Part shown: positions 39,644 through 51,438 of the stretch, one piece after another
Layout: every line of letters begins with the position of its first letter
How positions within the stretch are numbered: the stretch's first letter is position 1
From: Octopus sinensis
Taxonomy: Eukaryota
Assembly (NCBI RefSeq): GCF_006345805.1
Contig: NC_043018.1
Span: forward strand, 27,280,001-27,344,000
Direction of reading: 5' to 3'
Length of the DNA stretch: 64,000 bases
The notes under the pieces: model-generated
Databases searched by the model: none
What the model saw: only the letters and a program-made list of their open reading frames with translations
What the model was told of the DNA's origin: nothing
Made by a program: the position numbers and the translations under genes

Positions 39644-40131
39644 AACTTAAAATTGTATGATAGATGCCGTCAATTCATTCTCTCTTACCTGTTTGTGTCT
39701 GCCTTCCAATTGCTGTTTTTACTGAAATCTCCCTTTTTAGTAGAAGAAGAAAAGCTATAACTCTTTGACTGCTATTTCTAAATACGGTATGTGGTAAGGC
39801 AATTCGTTGCAACCCCTTATTGCTTAGTATTACTTAAATTTTCCTCGAATGAGGCTTTTACATGCCGAAGACTACTTGGTGTAATTGATAATATCCAATT
39901 AATTAATTTCAACCTTCATTATTACGGATAACCATATTTTATCTCAGTAGATGACCACAGCATCTTGTTTTGGCTACACGCGGGTGGGAAGGGGCTGGTG
40001 ACACAATCTTTTCACTCACACTTTGAATTTAGTGATACTAGTTGCGGATTCTTGCTCGCTCTGATACTGAGTTGAGTTGGTGCCTTCTAGTATCTCAAAA
40101 TTCAATATATAATCATTTATGATTATAGTAT

Positions 40132-40230
40132 TCTACGCTGAAGAGAAAAGAAGTTTTGGTAAGGTAGAATTATTTAATATTTAATTCTTATGCTTTCCTA
40201 AAAACTTGATTCGAAACGTACGTCCGTAGA
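40132..40230 (+). ncRNA. Type I hammerhead ribozyme, copy 3
   Basis: TCTACG CTGAAGA (40138-40144)...CGAAAC GTAC GTC CGTAGA. Predicted cleavage after 40224. Confidence 0.88.
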
Positions 40231-41390
40231 TAACTTAAAATTGTATGATAGATTGCCGTCAATTCATTCTCTCTTACCTGTTTGTGTCTGCCTTCCAATT
40301 GCTGTTTTTACTGAGATCTCCTTTTTAGTAGAAGAAATAGCTATAACTCTTTGACTGCTATTTCTAAATTCGGTATGTGGTAAGGCAATTCGTTGCTAAA
40401 CCCTTTATTGCTTAGTATTACTTAATTTTCCTCGAATGAGGCTTTTACATGCCGAAGACTACTTGGTGTAATTGATAATTATTCCAAATTAATTAATTTC
40501 ACCTTCATTATTACGGATATATATATATATATTATATATTATATATATTATATATATATATATGATGTATATTACGTATTGTAAATGTACCACTCATATG
40601 GTATGAATCTGTGACGTCTTGTTCGTGTTTGTGTTTTATAGATTCAGTATGCAATGACAAACCTGGCCCAGTATTAATTAGTCGTTATTAAAAAAAAGTC
40701 ATCAAGCTAATTATCTCCTCTATAGCAGGCATGAACATGATGCTCATGCACAATCATTAAGACAATACAGGTTTGTAGTTGTTGTTGTTGTTATTGGTAG
40801 TTGCGGCGTTGGTGGTGGTGGTGGTGGTGGGGTTAAGGTAGCCGTAAAAGAAACCATAATTGACATAGGGTCAAGAAGGCACCCTGTAGGTGCTCGCTTG
40901 TCATGCTAAAAATAACAGTCGAATCTCCTTAAAATTACCTACCTTACTTTCTTCACGAGAAGGTCAGAGTGGATGATGATGTAAAGCGGAAAATGAAGTA
41001 ACAGAAAAATTGTGAGTTTAGCATGCTGGAATGAGTTTGAATTCTGAATCATAGATGTGCTTGCTCGGAACACTGTAAACCTAGGGTTGTATAGCATAGT
41101 CTGTAACAAATACAAGCTTAACGAGGCTGGAAATAAATAAATAAAATAAAATAAAATAAAATAAAATAAAATAAAATAAAATAAAACATAAGCGCAGACG
41201 TAGCTGTGTGGTAAAAAGTTTGCCTCGCAACCACATCGTTCCGGGTTCAGTTCCACTGCGTGGCACCTTGGACAAATCTCTTCTACTATTATCTCGGGCC
41301 GATCAAAGACTTGTGAGTGGATTTGGTAGACGGAAACTGAAAGAAGCCCATCGTGTTTTCCAAAAGTGATGGGACAAACACAGACATGAA

Positions 41391-41443
<53 letters not shown>

Positions 41444-41449
41444 TTTGTA

Positions 41450-41625
41450 TTCACTATGTTGAACCGTTAATCTTTACACATTTTTTCTCCCAGCGTTTTT
41501 ATCCCCTCCCAGCTTAATCATTTCAGCTGAAGAGCGTCGGCTCGAAACGTAAAAAGTGTTAAACTAATAAACTTGCTTGTTGTTCCTGTACATGTTTTCG
41601 TCTTTTGTAAATTTGTAAATTTAAA
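41450..41625 (+). mobile_element. Penelope-like pLTR fragment with decayed minimal HHR (41521-41557)
   Basis: TTT CAGCTGA A GAGC GTCG GCTC GAAAC GTA AAA, then an aataaa-containing tail running into (TA)n. Confidence 0.6.
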
Positions 41626-41989
41626 ATATATATATATATCGTTCAAATTTACACTGCATTGGTGGATTTAATTTCTTTATTTGGGAGTTAAGTGTGAAAA
41701 TATCCTAGTGTCTTAACAGTTCTTCAAGCCGATCATATGGAGAAAGGTGTTCGCCTCCATATTGTGGTAAAAAGTTTGCCTCGCAACCACATCGTTCCGG
41801 GTTCAGTTCCACTGCGTGCACCTTCGACAAATCTCTTCTACTATAGTCTCGGGCCGAAAAAGACTTGTGAGTGGATTTGGTAGATGGAAACTGAAAGAAG
41901 CCCGTCGTGTTTTCCAAAATGGAGACGAATACCTTTCTCCATGTGATTGACTTGAAAAATTGTTAAGACACTAGGATATTTTCGGAGTC

Positions 41990-43280
41990 AATTAAATAAG
42001 TATCAGTTACGCACTGGGGTCGATATAATCGACTTAATCCGTTTGTCCTCTCTGTGTTTAGCCCCTTGTGGGTAGTAAAGAGATAGGTATTTCGTCTGCC
42101 ACTACGTTCTGAGTTCAAATTCCGCCGAGGTCGACTTTGCCTTTCATCCTTTCGTAGTAGATAAATTAGGTACCAGTTACGCACTGGGGTCGGTACAATC
42201 GACTTCATCCGTTTGTCTGTCCTTGTTTGTCCACTCTGTGCTTAGCTCCTTGTGGGTAGTAAAGAAATAGGTATTTCGTCTGCCTCGGCGCAATTTGAAC
42301 TCAGAACGTAACGGCAGACGAAATACGGCTACGCATTTCGCCCGGCGTGCTAATGTTTCTGCCAGATCACCAGGTCACATCTGTCTCTGAAGATAACTTA
42401 TCTCTTTTTTTTCTTCGTTTTTTTTTCTCTCTCTCACCATTCACAGAGAACATTATATAAAAAAAAACGAAAGAAAATAACGAAGATAAAAAAGGAATGG
42501 ACGCTGCTCCTATACCCTGAATATGTTCAAAAAATAAAAATTATCTCCTGTCTCAATGAAGAATACCTTTTAAAATTAACAACAGACTACATCACTCGAC
42601 AAATCAAGAGATGGATACATGGTCTGGTGAGTTCGATATTCTAATTAGAAAATAATTATAATTAGAATATCTTAATTAACGAATATTCACTCTGAGTGTA
42701 TTTTCGTCGCTTGTCATATATATAATGCGAGCTGGCAGAAACGTTAGCACGCCGGGCAAAATACTTAGCGGTAATTCGTCTGCCGTTACGTTCTGAGTTC
42801 AAATTCCGCCGAGTTCGACTTTGCCTGTCATCCTTTCGGAGTCGATAAATTACGTACGAGTTACGTATTGGGGTCAATATAATCGACTTAATTCGTTTGT
42901 CTGTCCTTGTTTGTCCTCTCTGTGTTTAGCCTCTTGTGGGTACATTCTGAGTTCAAATTCTACCGAGGTCAACTTTGCCTTTCATCCTTTCGAGGTCGAT
43001 TAAAAAAGTACTAGTTACGTACTGGGGTTGATATAATCGACTTAATTGGTTTGTCTGTCCTTGTTTGTCCTCACTGTGTTTAGCCCCTTGTGGGTAGTAA
43101 AGAAATAGAAATAGGTAATACGCCCGTCGCTACGTTCTGAGCTCAAATTCCGCCGAAGTCGACTTCGCCTTTCATCCTTTCAAGGTCGATAAACTAAGTA
43201 CCAGTTGCGTACTGTGGTTGATCTAATCGACTGGCTCCCTCCACCAAAATGTCAGGCCTTGTGCCTAGAGTAGAAAAGTA
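41990..43280. mobile_element. Tandem multimers of family B SINE
   Basis: Repeated units of roughly 150-180 bp. Several are joined tail-to-internal-head at gtagtaaagaaatag|gtatttcgtc. Confidence 0.8.
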
Positions 43281-43753
43281 TATATAAAGAGAGGTGTGTG
43301 TGTCTTAATTTTCTACTTGTTTCGGTCGTTGGACTACAGCCATGCTGGGGCACCGCATTGAAGAACTTTTAGTCGGATTAATGGAGTCTAGTACTTATTT
43401 TTTTAAAACCCTAGTACTTATTCTATCGGCTCTATACTTATTTTATCGGTGACATAGATACACAAACACCGGTTGTCAAGCGTCGGGGACAAACACACAC
43501 ACACCCACAAGCACACATATCTATACGACGGACTGCTTTCAGTTCCCGTCAACCAAATTCACTCTCAAGGCTTTGGCCAGCTCGAGGCTATAATAGAAGA
43601 CACTTGGCCTAGGTGCCATGCCGTTGGGAAGCAAGCTTCTTACCACACAGCCGCACCTACATATATATATGTATTATATAGATACATAGATAAGTTGGTA
43701 GGTAGGTATGTTGACAGACAGACAGACAGATAGTTAGATAGATAGACAGATAA

Positions 43754-43822
<69 letters not shown>

Positions 43823-43913
43823 CAAATAGACAGAGAGAGATAAATTTGTTATGTAAATACGCACCTATATACATACATATACAGACAATCACACACACAC
43901 ACACACCTCTGCG

Positions 43914-43975
<62 letters not shown>

Positions 43976-44366
43976 TATATATATGTATGTATATATATAC
44001 TTAGAAAAATCTCGCTTGGCACTGATTCGTCATATTGCTCGTTTATTATTATTTTTTTCTTCTTCTCGGCGACAGTACCGTGAGTGGCATGTCACCATCT
44101 TTCTATAATAATTATATTCTAACAAGCCTCGTATGTAAGAAAATAAAAATTCACTCTCATGGCTACTCCCACCCACCCACACACGGATTGGTCACGGCAT
44201 TTTCTTCCTTTCTGTTTGTATTTACCCATTATGAATAGAAATCGCTCTGTTGATTGTGATCATCATAAATGTTCAAGGACAAGTAACACAGTGGGAATAA
44301 ATAAAACGGGTTGGAATGAATCACTCTGAAAGCATTGAAAAATGCGGACAAAATAAGACATTCTAC

Positions 44367-44788
44367 GGATCTTTTCGGTTTGAACGGCAGTTTTTAACAT
44401 AATTTTTAGGTAACTAAAAAATTTAAGCTTCGTATACTGGTAGAATGTGTTTATAAAACAACTTTTTCTCTTGGCTTTATTGAGAAAATTCTATAGTTTG
44501 TAAGATATTTGTTGTTGTTTTTTTCTTCAAAGTCTGCAATTTCAACCAATCAATGACGTCCATTGAGGTAAAAAAAAGACATTCTGTGCCGTATGAATAT
44601 GTCCCTAGTTTAAGAAACAGATTAGGTTTATTTACATTAGTGAAGAAAAAAAGATACCCTTCCCCCACCCCTAACCCTAACCCTAAAAGAGATTGAAATG
44701 CAATAGATCGATACTAGGGTCATAATTATGGGTGACAATTTCATATGACACCGCTAGAAAAAAACTGCCGTTCAAACCGAAATGATCC
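44367..44788. mobile_element. Merlin-like MITE with a perfect 8-bp TSD
   Basis: GGATC...GATCC termini; TSD CATTCTAC at 44359-44366 and 44789-44796; internal (CCCTAA)n. Confidence 0.9.
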
Positions 44789-45583
44789 CATTCTACTGTG
44801 TTGACTTTATTGTATTGTATAGATAGAATGTCACTAGTTCCAAGAATTTATGTTTGGTAAAAACAGAAGATATGACTTTTATCTTTATATTTTTAATATC
44901 AGACCGCTTTCTAATTTTTGTATGATGTCATTGCTCTTATTTTGGAATACTCTTTTACTCTTTTACTTGTTTCAGTCATTTGACTGCGGCCATGCTGGAG
45001 CACCGCCTTTTAGTCGAGCAAATCGACCTCAGGACTTATTCTTTGTAAGCCTAGTACTTATTCTATCGGTCTCTTTTGCAGAACCGCTAAGTGACGGGGA
45101 CATAAACACACCAGCATCGGTTGTCAAGTGATGTTGGGGTGCGGGGGGGACAAACACAAACGCACATACATGTATACATATACATATATACGACGGGCTT
45201 CTTTCAATTTCCGCCCACCAAATCCACTCACAAGGCTTTGGTCGGCCCAAGGCTATAGTAGAAGACACTTGCTCAAGGTGCCACGCAGTTGGACTGAACC
45301 CGGAACCATGTGGTTCGTAAGCAAGCTACATACCACACAGCCACTCCTGCGCCTATATAGTAAAATATAGTAAAATTCCTAAATCCGATATAGCCGTTTG
45401 TAAATTTTTCATCTTTAGAATGAAATGATATTTGCGTGGGATTGTTCCTGTTTCCTTAGAGTCAGTGGAGAGACAATGCTATTCACACACACATAGCCTT
45501 CTCCTCCAACAGAATTTTTAATTGAGCACTACTATAGCAGTAAGCTGTTTACTTTTGTTTATTTATACCATCTCAATAATATC

Positions 45584-45967
45584 CTTACCTACCCACCCAC
45601 ATACCTACCTACATTCCTACCTACCTACCTACCCACCCACCTACCCACCCACCTACCTACCTACTTACCTACCTACCTACCTACCTATCTACCCACCTAG
45701 CTACCTAGCTACCAACCTACCTACCTACCTACCTACCTACCTACCTACCTACCTACCTACCTACCTACCTACCTATCTACATACCTATCTACTATCTACT
45801 TACCTACCTACCTAGCTACCTACCTATCTACCTACCTTCCTACCTACCTACCTACCTATTTACCTACCTACCTACCTACCCACCTACCCACCCACCCACC
45901 TACCTACCTACCTACCTACCTATCTACCTACCTACCTACCTACCGACCTACCTATCTATCTACCTAC
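45584..45967. repeat. (CCTA)n microsatellite
   Basis: Direct reading. It resumes at 47847-47871, after the LINE. Confidence 0.95.
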
Positions 45968-47844
45968 CTTATACGTATTGACTCTCGAGCCATTATTGCG
46001 GAAGCTGGCAACTTTGAGGGGCATCCCGCGAGAACTGGGATGCGGGACGAGCGTGTCTGCATACGCGGACGACGTCACCGTCATAGTGTCTAGCCACGAG
46101 CACATCGAGCAGGTCGGCGAGACACTGAAAAACTACGAAGCGGTGACAGGAGAGAAAATCAACCGGGAAAAGTCAGTGGGCTTGCGACTAGGCACCTGGA
46201 GAAGAAAGCCCATGCCGTCCACCAGCGCCTCCGTCGTGGGACGCTGGACCGAAGGCCCGGTTGAGTTGCTCGGGGTCTGGTTTGGTCCGGACCTCCAAGT
46301 GGAGAAGAACTGGAACGAGATAACGAGTAGGGTGGTCACTCTCACCCGGCAATGGGCCGAGAAGAAACTGTCCCTAAAAGGTCGGGCGGAGGTGGCGAAC
46401 ACGTACATCTCGTCCGTCATCTACTACCGCCTGACCGTCGTACCTTGTCCCGACCCTACCATCACCAAACTACAACGCATTCTCTTTCGCTTCTTGTGGA
46501 AAGGAGGGCTGGGCGTGCCGTGGTTGATGATGCTCAGACACGCGCTGAGACTGCGACATCTCTGGCTCTATGTAGACGACGGTGAACAGGTGTGGTCGCC
46601 GTTTGTGAGGCACGCTTTCCCGCAGCTCGTCTCCATGACCGAACTGCAGTCGTGGATCAAAAAGAGGCCGAGGAAGGGCGATTGGCACCGCGAGTGTCGC
46701 GTTGCTCTCAAGCAACTCTGCCGTCCTGGGTCGACCTTGAGTGACTTCAACACAACCAAAGCATTCTATAGGAGATTAGTGGAGGGGAGGTACGATGACG
46801 AGCTCGGGGCGAACCTGGACGTCGACAAGGAGTACCTGACCAGGACGACTTTTGGGCCAGGGCCCATAGACAACTTCCAGAGATCTCTGGCCTGGCAGTG
46901 TTACCGAGAAGCGCTACCCGTTCGGGATAAGCTCTACAGACACGGCTCGAGAAACACGGGGCCGACCTGCACTAGATGCGGTCAGAGCGACGAAACCGTT
47001 CTGCACGCACTCGTGTCCAACAATTTCCGACCTGTGGGCTTGTGTCGAACAACTGCTGTCACGTGTGGGACGAGTCGGTTTATCAGCTGAGTCTATCGTC
47101 AATATTGTCACGCATCCTTCCTTCAAACGGGTAGGAAGAGCTATTTTCATCATCCTTGTGGCTATGGCGAAAGAATGTATCTGGTGGACGCGCCTGCCTG
47201 AAAGGTTGGAGACAAACACTTTCCTCTCTGGTCAATCTCTCATCAACTTCTTCAAGTACCACTGAAAAGAAAAGTGAGAGAGTAGAGAGGCAAGTTTTGT
47301 CTAGCGAACGTTTTAAAAAAGATGGGTGAATGTAGCAAGGATGGCACGTATGAATGACGAAGCCACTTGAGCATAATCTTATGAACCCAGAAATTGAAAA
47401 CAGAGGGTATCCACTTGCAAACAATGTGGTAACATATAACAATATTGACCAAGGTTACCGTGGTCTTTTTCGTAGGCTTTTCTTCCCACGGATAAACCTT
47501 ACTTGCTTTCCCCTTTACACCATATATCATAACACTGTGATACACGATCCCTATTGATCGTTCTTTTTTTTTCCTCTTCCCTTTTTTCTTCTTTTTTCAT
47601 TCTCTTTCTTTTGTTCCTTTTCCTTTTCTTTTTTTTCTTTTTTCTTTATTCTTTTATTTTTATTTATTTATTTATTTATTTATTTACTTTTTTTTCTTTG
47701 TTCTTTTCTTCCCTCTTGATCGAAAACCTACGCCACCCCTTTTTTTTCCCTTTTGTTTTTTGTTTTTTTCATCCCCCAAAAGAAAAGCTCTACCTTGTAA
47801 CTTGTCCCATCTGTGTGCAGCCCCGTGTGGCCAATAAAGAAACT
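45968..47844 (+). mobile_element. 5'-truncated Tx1/L1-clade non-LTR retrotransposon (RT C-terminal half, zf-RVT, 3' UTR)
   Basis: LYVLTLEPLLRK, AYADDVTV (RT catalytic motif), INREKS, LLGVWF, LSLKGRAEVAN, ALPVRDKL and CTRCGQSDETVLHAL. Frameshifts after about 47010. The 3' end is gccccgtgtggccAATAAAgaaact. Confidence 0.92.
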
Positions 47845-47872
47845 TATCTACCTACCTACCTACCTACCTACA

Positions 47873-48830
47873 TTCCTTGATTTTCTACAATGCTCTTAAA
47901 TCTATTTGGTAGACTTGCAAGGCTCCTCTTCCAAAATTCACTTGTCCATGACGAAAAATACTCCTCCAATTCTGTTTTGATCACGTCTACAGAATTCATA
48001 TTTTTCGCGTCCAAATGATTTTGAAGACTGCGGAATAAATGATAATCAGATGGGGTAATGTCCGGCGAATATGGTGGGTGGGGCATTATTTCCCATTCAA
48101 ACTGCTCCAGCCTTTGGAATGTGGCTGAACATTATCCTGATGGAAGAACACCATTCGTCTTGAAAACAAAGACGGTTATTTTTCTTCTAGCACTCACTTA
48201 AGTCGCTCAAGCTGCTTGCAGTAGATCTCCTTTGTTATCGTTTGGTTTGGGTTTAAATGTTGAAAGTGGACTAAACCTTTCATATCCCAGCATACAGATA
48301 ACAACACCGTACGTGGGTGAAGACCTTCTTTAGCCTGGGGCGCCGGTGTATCTCCTTTCCACTCCTTCCCTACTTACTGTCTTCAGTGTTTGGCATTTTT
48401 ATAGAGAACCCATTTCTCGTCAACAGTCACTATTCGGTCAAAAAGAAAAAAAAAGAAAAAGAAAAAGAAAAAGAAAAGTTCCATTCGTGAGACGTGACAG
48501 CAAAGAAGAGCATACATTCACTCTCTGCGCGCGATTAGACTGGGAAAGTTTGTAAGGAACGCAATGACCCAGTTTGCTGACTTTTCCGATGGCACGCTGG
48601 TGTCGATGAATGGTTGAATGACCAAATCCAAGCTTCTCTGATAGCTCCTCAACAGTTACAATGGGATTTTGTTCTATCAAGGTTTGCAGGATGTCCTTGT
48701 CGAGCTCTACAGATCTTCCAAGGACGAGGCTCGTCTTCTAGACTGTAGTTTCCGGTTCGGAATTTCTGGAACCATCGTTGACACTGGCTTACGCTTATTG
48801 TCCAATGCCCATATACTGCATTAATATTCC
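47873..48830 (-). pseudogene. Degenerate mariner (Mos1/Hsmar-like) transposase
   Basis: WFQKFRTGNYSLEDEPRPGR, EQNPIVTVEELSEKLG and PHPPYSPDITPSDYHLFRSLQNHL motifs. Frameshifted, with an (AAAAGA)n expansion. Confidence 0.88.
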
Positions 48831-49691
48831 TTGCGCTTTATTAATATTAAAATAATATTAATAAATTATTATTTATTAATATATAATTTTTTATATATTA
48901 ATAAAATTAATATATATATTTTATATATTAATTTATATAAAATTAATATATATAATTGGATGTACGTATATATTAATTATATACGTACATAATATAGGTA
49001 TATAATGTACGTACATTATATACGTATATAATGTACGTATATACATTATATACTTACATTATATACGTACGTATATAATGTTGCGCTGTTGCCTTTATTG
49101 ATCTCATAAAGCAAAATATGCTGAATATGCTCCTTTGTCATTTCCATTCTAGCTTTGAGAAAAATAACTGTTAAAATCGAACCGAATTCTTCAAAGCTTG
49201 CAATAAGAAGTAAAAGGCAAAATTACTACCCGTTTATAAGGAAGTTGATGCAGGTAGTTTATCCTGACCACCTCCGACTTTTAGTTCATGCAATTGAAAA
49301 ACCCGCCTTATTTATGGAATGACCCCATAAATATACAAACAAAAGGTCGCGTTTCTCTGGGACAAAACAAAACATGTGCATAAAGAACCCAATCGAAAAT
49401 GTTCTATAGATGAAGGATAGAGCGAACAGTAAAGAAAAACGAACACACGCATGCAAAATCAAGGCACAGTAATACGTAGGGCGCGAAAAATGGGTAGGTG
49501 TGATAACAGAGTTCACAGTGGTGTAAATAACAATGAAGATATCAAATGTTTGTAGAATACCATAGCTATGTAAGTACGAAATCCAATTTAAACTGTAGAT
49601 CCCAATCCGGGGTTGGTTCAAGATGTAGCTTTGGATTTGTCCAGTTTCATGTATAAAACCTCGACTGTTTGATATCTTACATGTTTAAAAC

Positions 49692-49770
49692 TTTACCTGA
49701 AAATGATAGGTTATACGTTATGTAATCTACGAATACAAGAATAAAATTCTACTGAAACAATTGTCGTGAA
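49692..49770 (+). ncRNA. Decayed type I HHR, downstream of a possible GIY-YIG remnant (about 49300-49650)
   Basis: tttac CTGAAAA T...TTCTACT GAAAC AATT GTC gtgaa (G8 mutated). Same family as the 53398 fold-back. The upstream translation VEYHSYVSTKSNLNCR only loosely resembles a GIY-YIG C-terminus. Confidence 0.55.
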
Positions 49771-49795
49771 TTTTAAATGGCATTTGTGTTCCCTT

Positions 49796-49839
<44 letters not shown>

Positions 49840-49864
49840 TATATAATTGATATATCGAACCGCA

Positions 49865-50385
49865 TAAACGTACGCAACTGGTACTTAATTTATCGACACC
49901 GAAAGAATAAAATGCAAAATCGACATCGCGGAATTTGAACTCAGAACGTATAGACAAGGATGAAATACCTATTTCTTTACTACCTACGAGGGGGCTAAAC
50001 ACAGCGGACAAACAAGGACAGACAAACGGATTAAGTCGATTATATCGACCCAGTGCGTAACTGGTTACTTATTTAATCGACCCCGCAAGGATGAAAGGCA
50101 AAGTCGACCTCGGCGGAATTTGAACTCAGAACGTAGCGGCAGACGAAATACCTATTTCTTTATTACCCACAAGGGGCTAAACACAGAGGGGACAAACAAG
50201 GACAGACAAACGAATTAAGTCGATTAGATCGACCCCAGTGCGTAACTGGTACTTAATTTATCGACCCCGAAAGGATGAAAGGCAAAGTCGACTTCGGCGG
50301 AATTTGAACTCACAACGTAACGCAGACGAAATACCGGTAAGCATTTCGCCCGGCGTGCTAACGTTTCTGCCAGCTCGCCGCCTAT
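49865..50385 (-). mobile_element. Trimer of family B SINE
   Basis: One full head plus two internally starting units joined at aaagaaatag|gtatttc. Confidence 0.85.
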
Positions 50386-51125
50386 GCTAACGATATATTA
50401 TACTAGAAATGATACTGCCAGGTGGAAGATGTTGACGTCAATGTCCCTGTTGTTGTTGCATGATATCATGGCGTGTTGTGTTCGCTTGTCCCTCTCCTGC
50501 ACCTCCTCCACATCCCCTTATCACCTGTTTCCCCTTCCAACGTGCCACTGTTCCCGTGTCGCCTCCACCCTCCGGCTAACCTGCCCCTACACCCAGCTCT
50601 CCATTCTTATACAAAAGAGCTCCTCCATAGATATTATCGCTTTAGATAGCAATCATGGCGGAAAAGAGGAAACTTTAGAGGCAACAAATAGAAGAACGAG
50701 GAGGAAGAGGAAAAAGAGAAAAGCAGGTGTCTAGCTTCGTTCTAGCTATGGATATGACAGATACATCCATCCATACGTACATCCATCCATAAATAGATGC
50801 GTACATACCTACCTACATACATGCATGAAATATATATATATATTATGTATGTATATATGTATGTATATATTATGTATGTATATATATATTAATGTATATA
50901 TATATTATATGTATTATTGTATATATATTATATATATATTAATATATATATATATGTATATATATGTATGTGTATATAGATATATATATATATACATATA
51001 TTATGTATATGTATGTGTATATATATATATATATATACTATATATATATATATATATAATTATTTATGTATATATATGTATATATATATATATAATATAT
51101 ATGTATATATATGTGTATGTATTAG

Positions 51126-51173
<48 letters not shown>

Positions 51174-51177
<4 letters not shown>

Positions 51178-51253
51178 TATATAAAGGAGCTTCTACAGGA
51201 CTAGAACTGTTTCATTCAAGAGAAATCTTCAGGAAGCTCCTTCTATATAATAA
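51174..51253 (-). ncRNA. Intact type I hammerhead ribozyme with long stem I
   Basis: TTATTATATA G AAGGAGCTTC CTGAAGA T TTC TCTT GAA T GAAA CAG TTCTAGTC CTG TA GAAGCTCCTT TATATAATAA. Predicted GUA cleavage at 51194/51193. Confidence 0.88.
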
Positions 51254-51321
51254 ATTAATTTTACTCTGCTATGTATTGAGTACCTTATTTACTGTGGTTA
51301 ACCCCGAATCAACCCGGGACC

Positions 51322-51372
<51 letters not shown>

Positions 51373-51394
51373 TTATATATATATATGTATATAG

Positions 51395-51438
<44 letters not shown>

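Larger units (their letters stand above)
39020..40518. mobile_element. HHR-bearing element: inverted ~385-bp arm plus two tandem ~585-bp units, flanked by (TA)n
   Basis: 39020-39403 is the reverse complement of about 39447-39829. The unit starting ggggctggtg recurs at 39407 and 39991. No ORF found. Confidence 0.9.

Noticed and set aside
39407-40518. Tandem unit as a CRISPR array or coding repeat
   Set aside because: The context is eukaryotic, there is no repeat-spacer structure, and no long ORF was found in the frames checked.
49286-49621. 111-aa hydrophobic minus-strand ORF as a host gene or NUMT
   Set aside because: No recognisable motif; the region more likely belongs to a decayed + strand Penelope-like element ending in the 49692 HHR.
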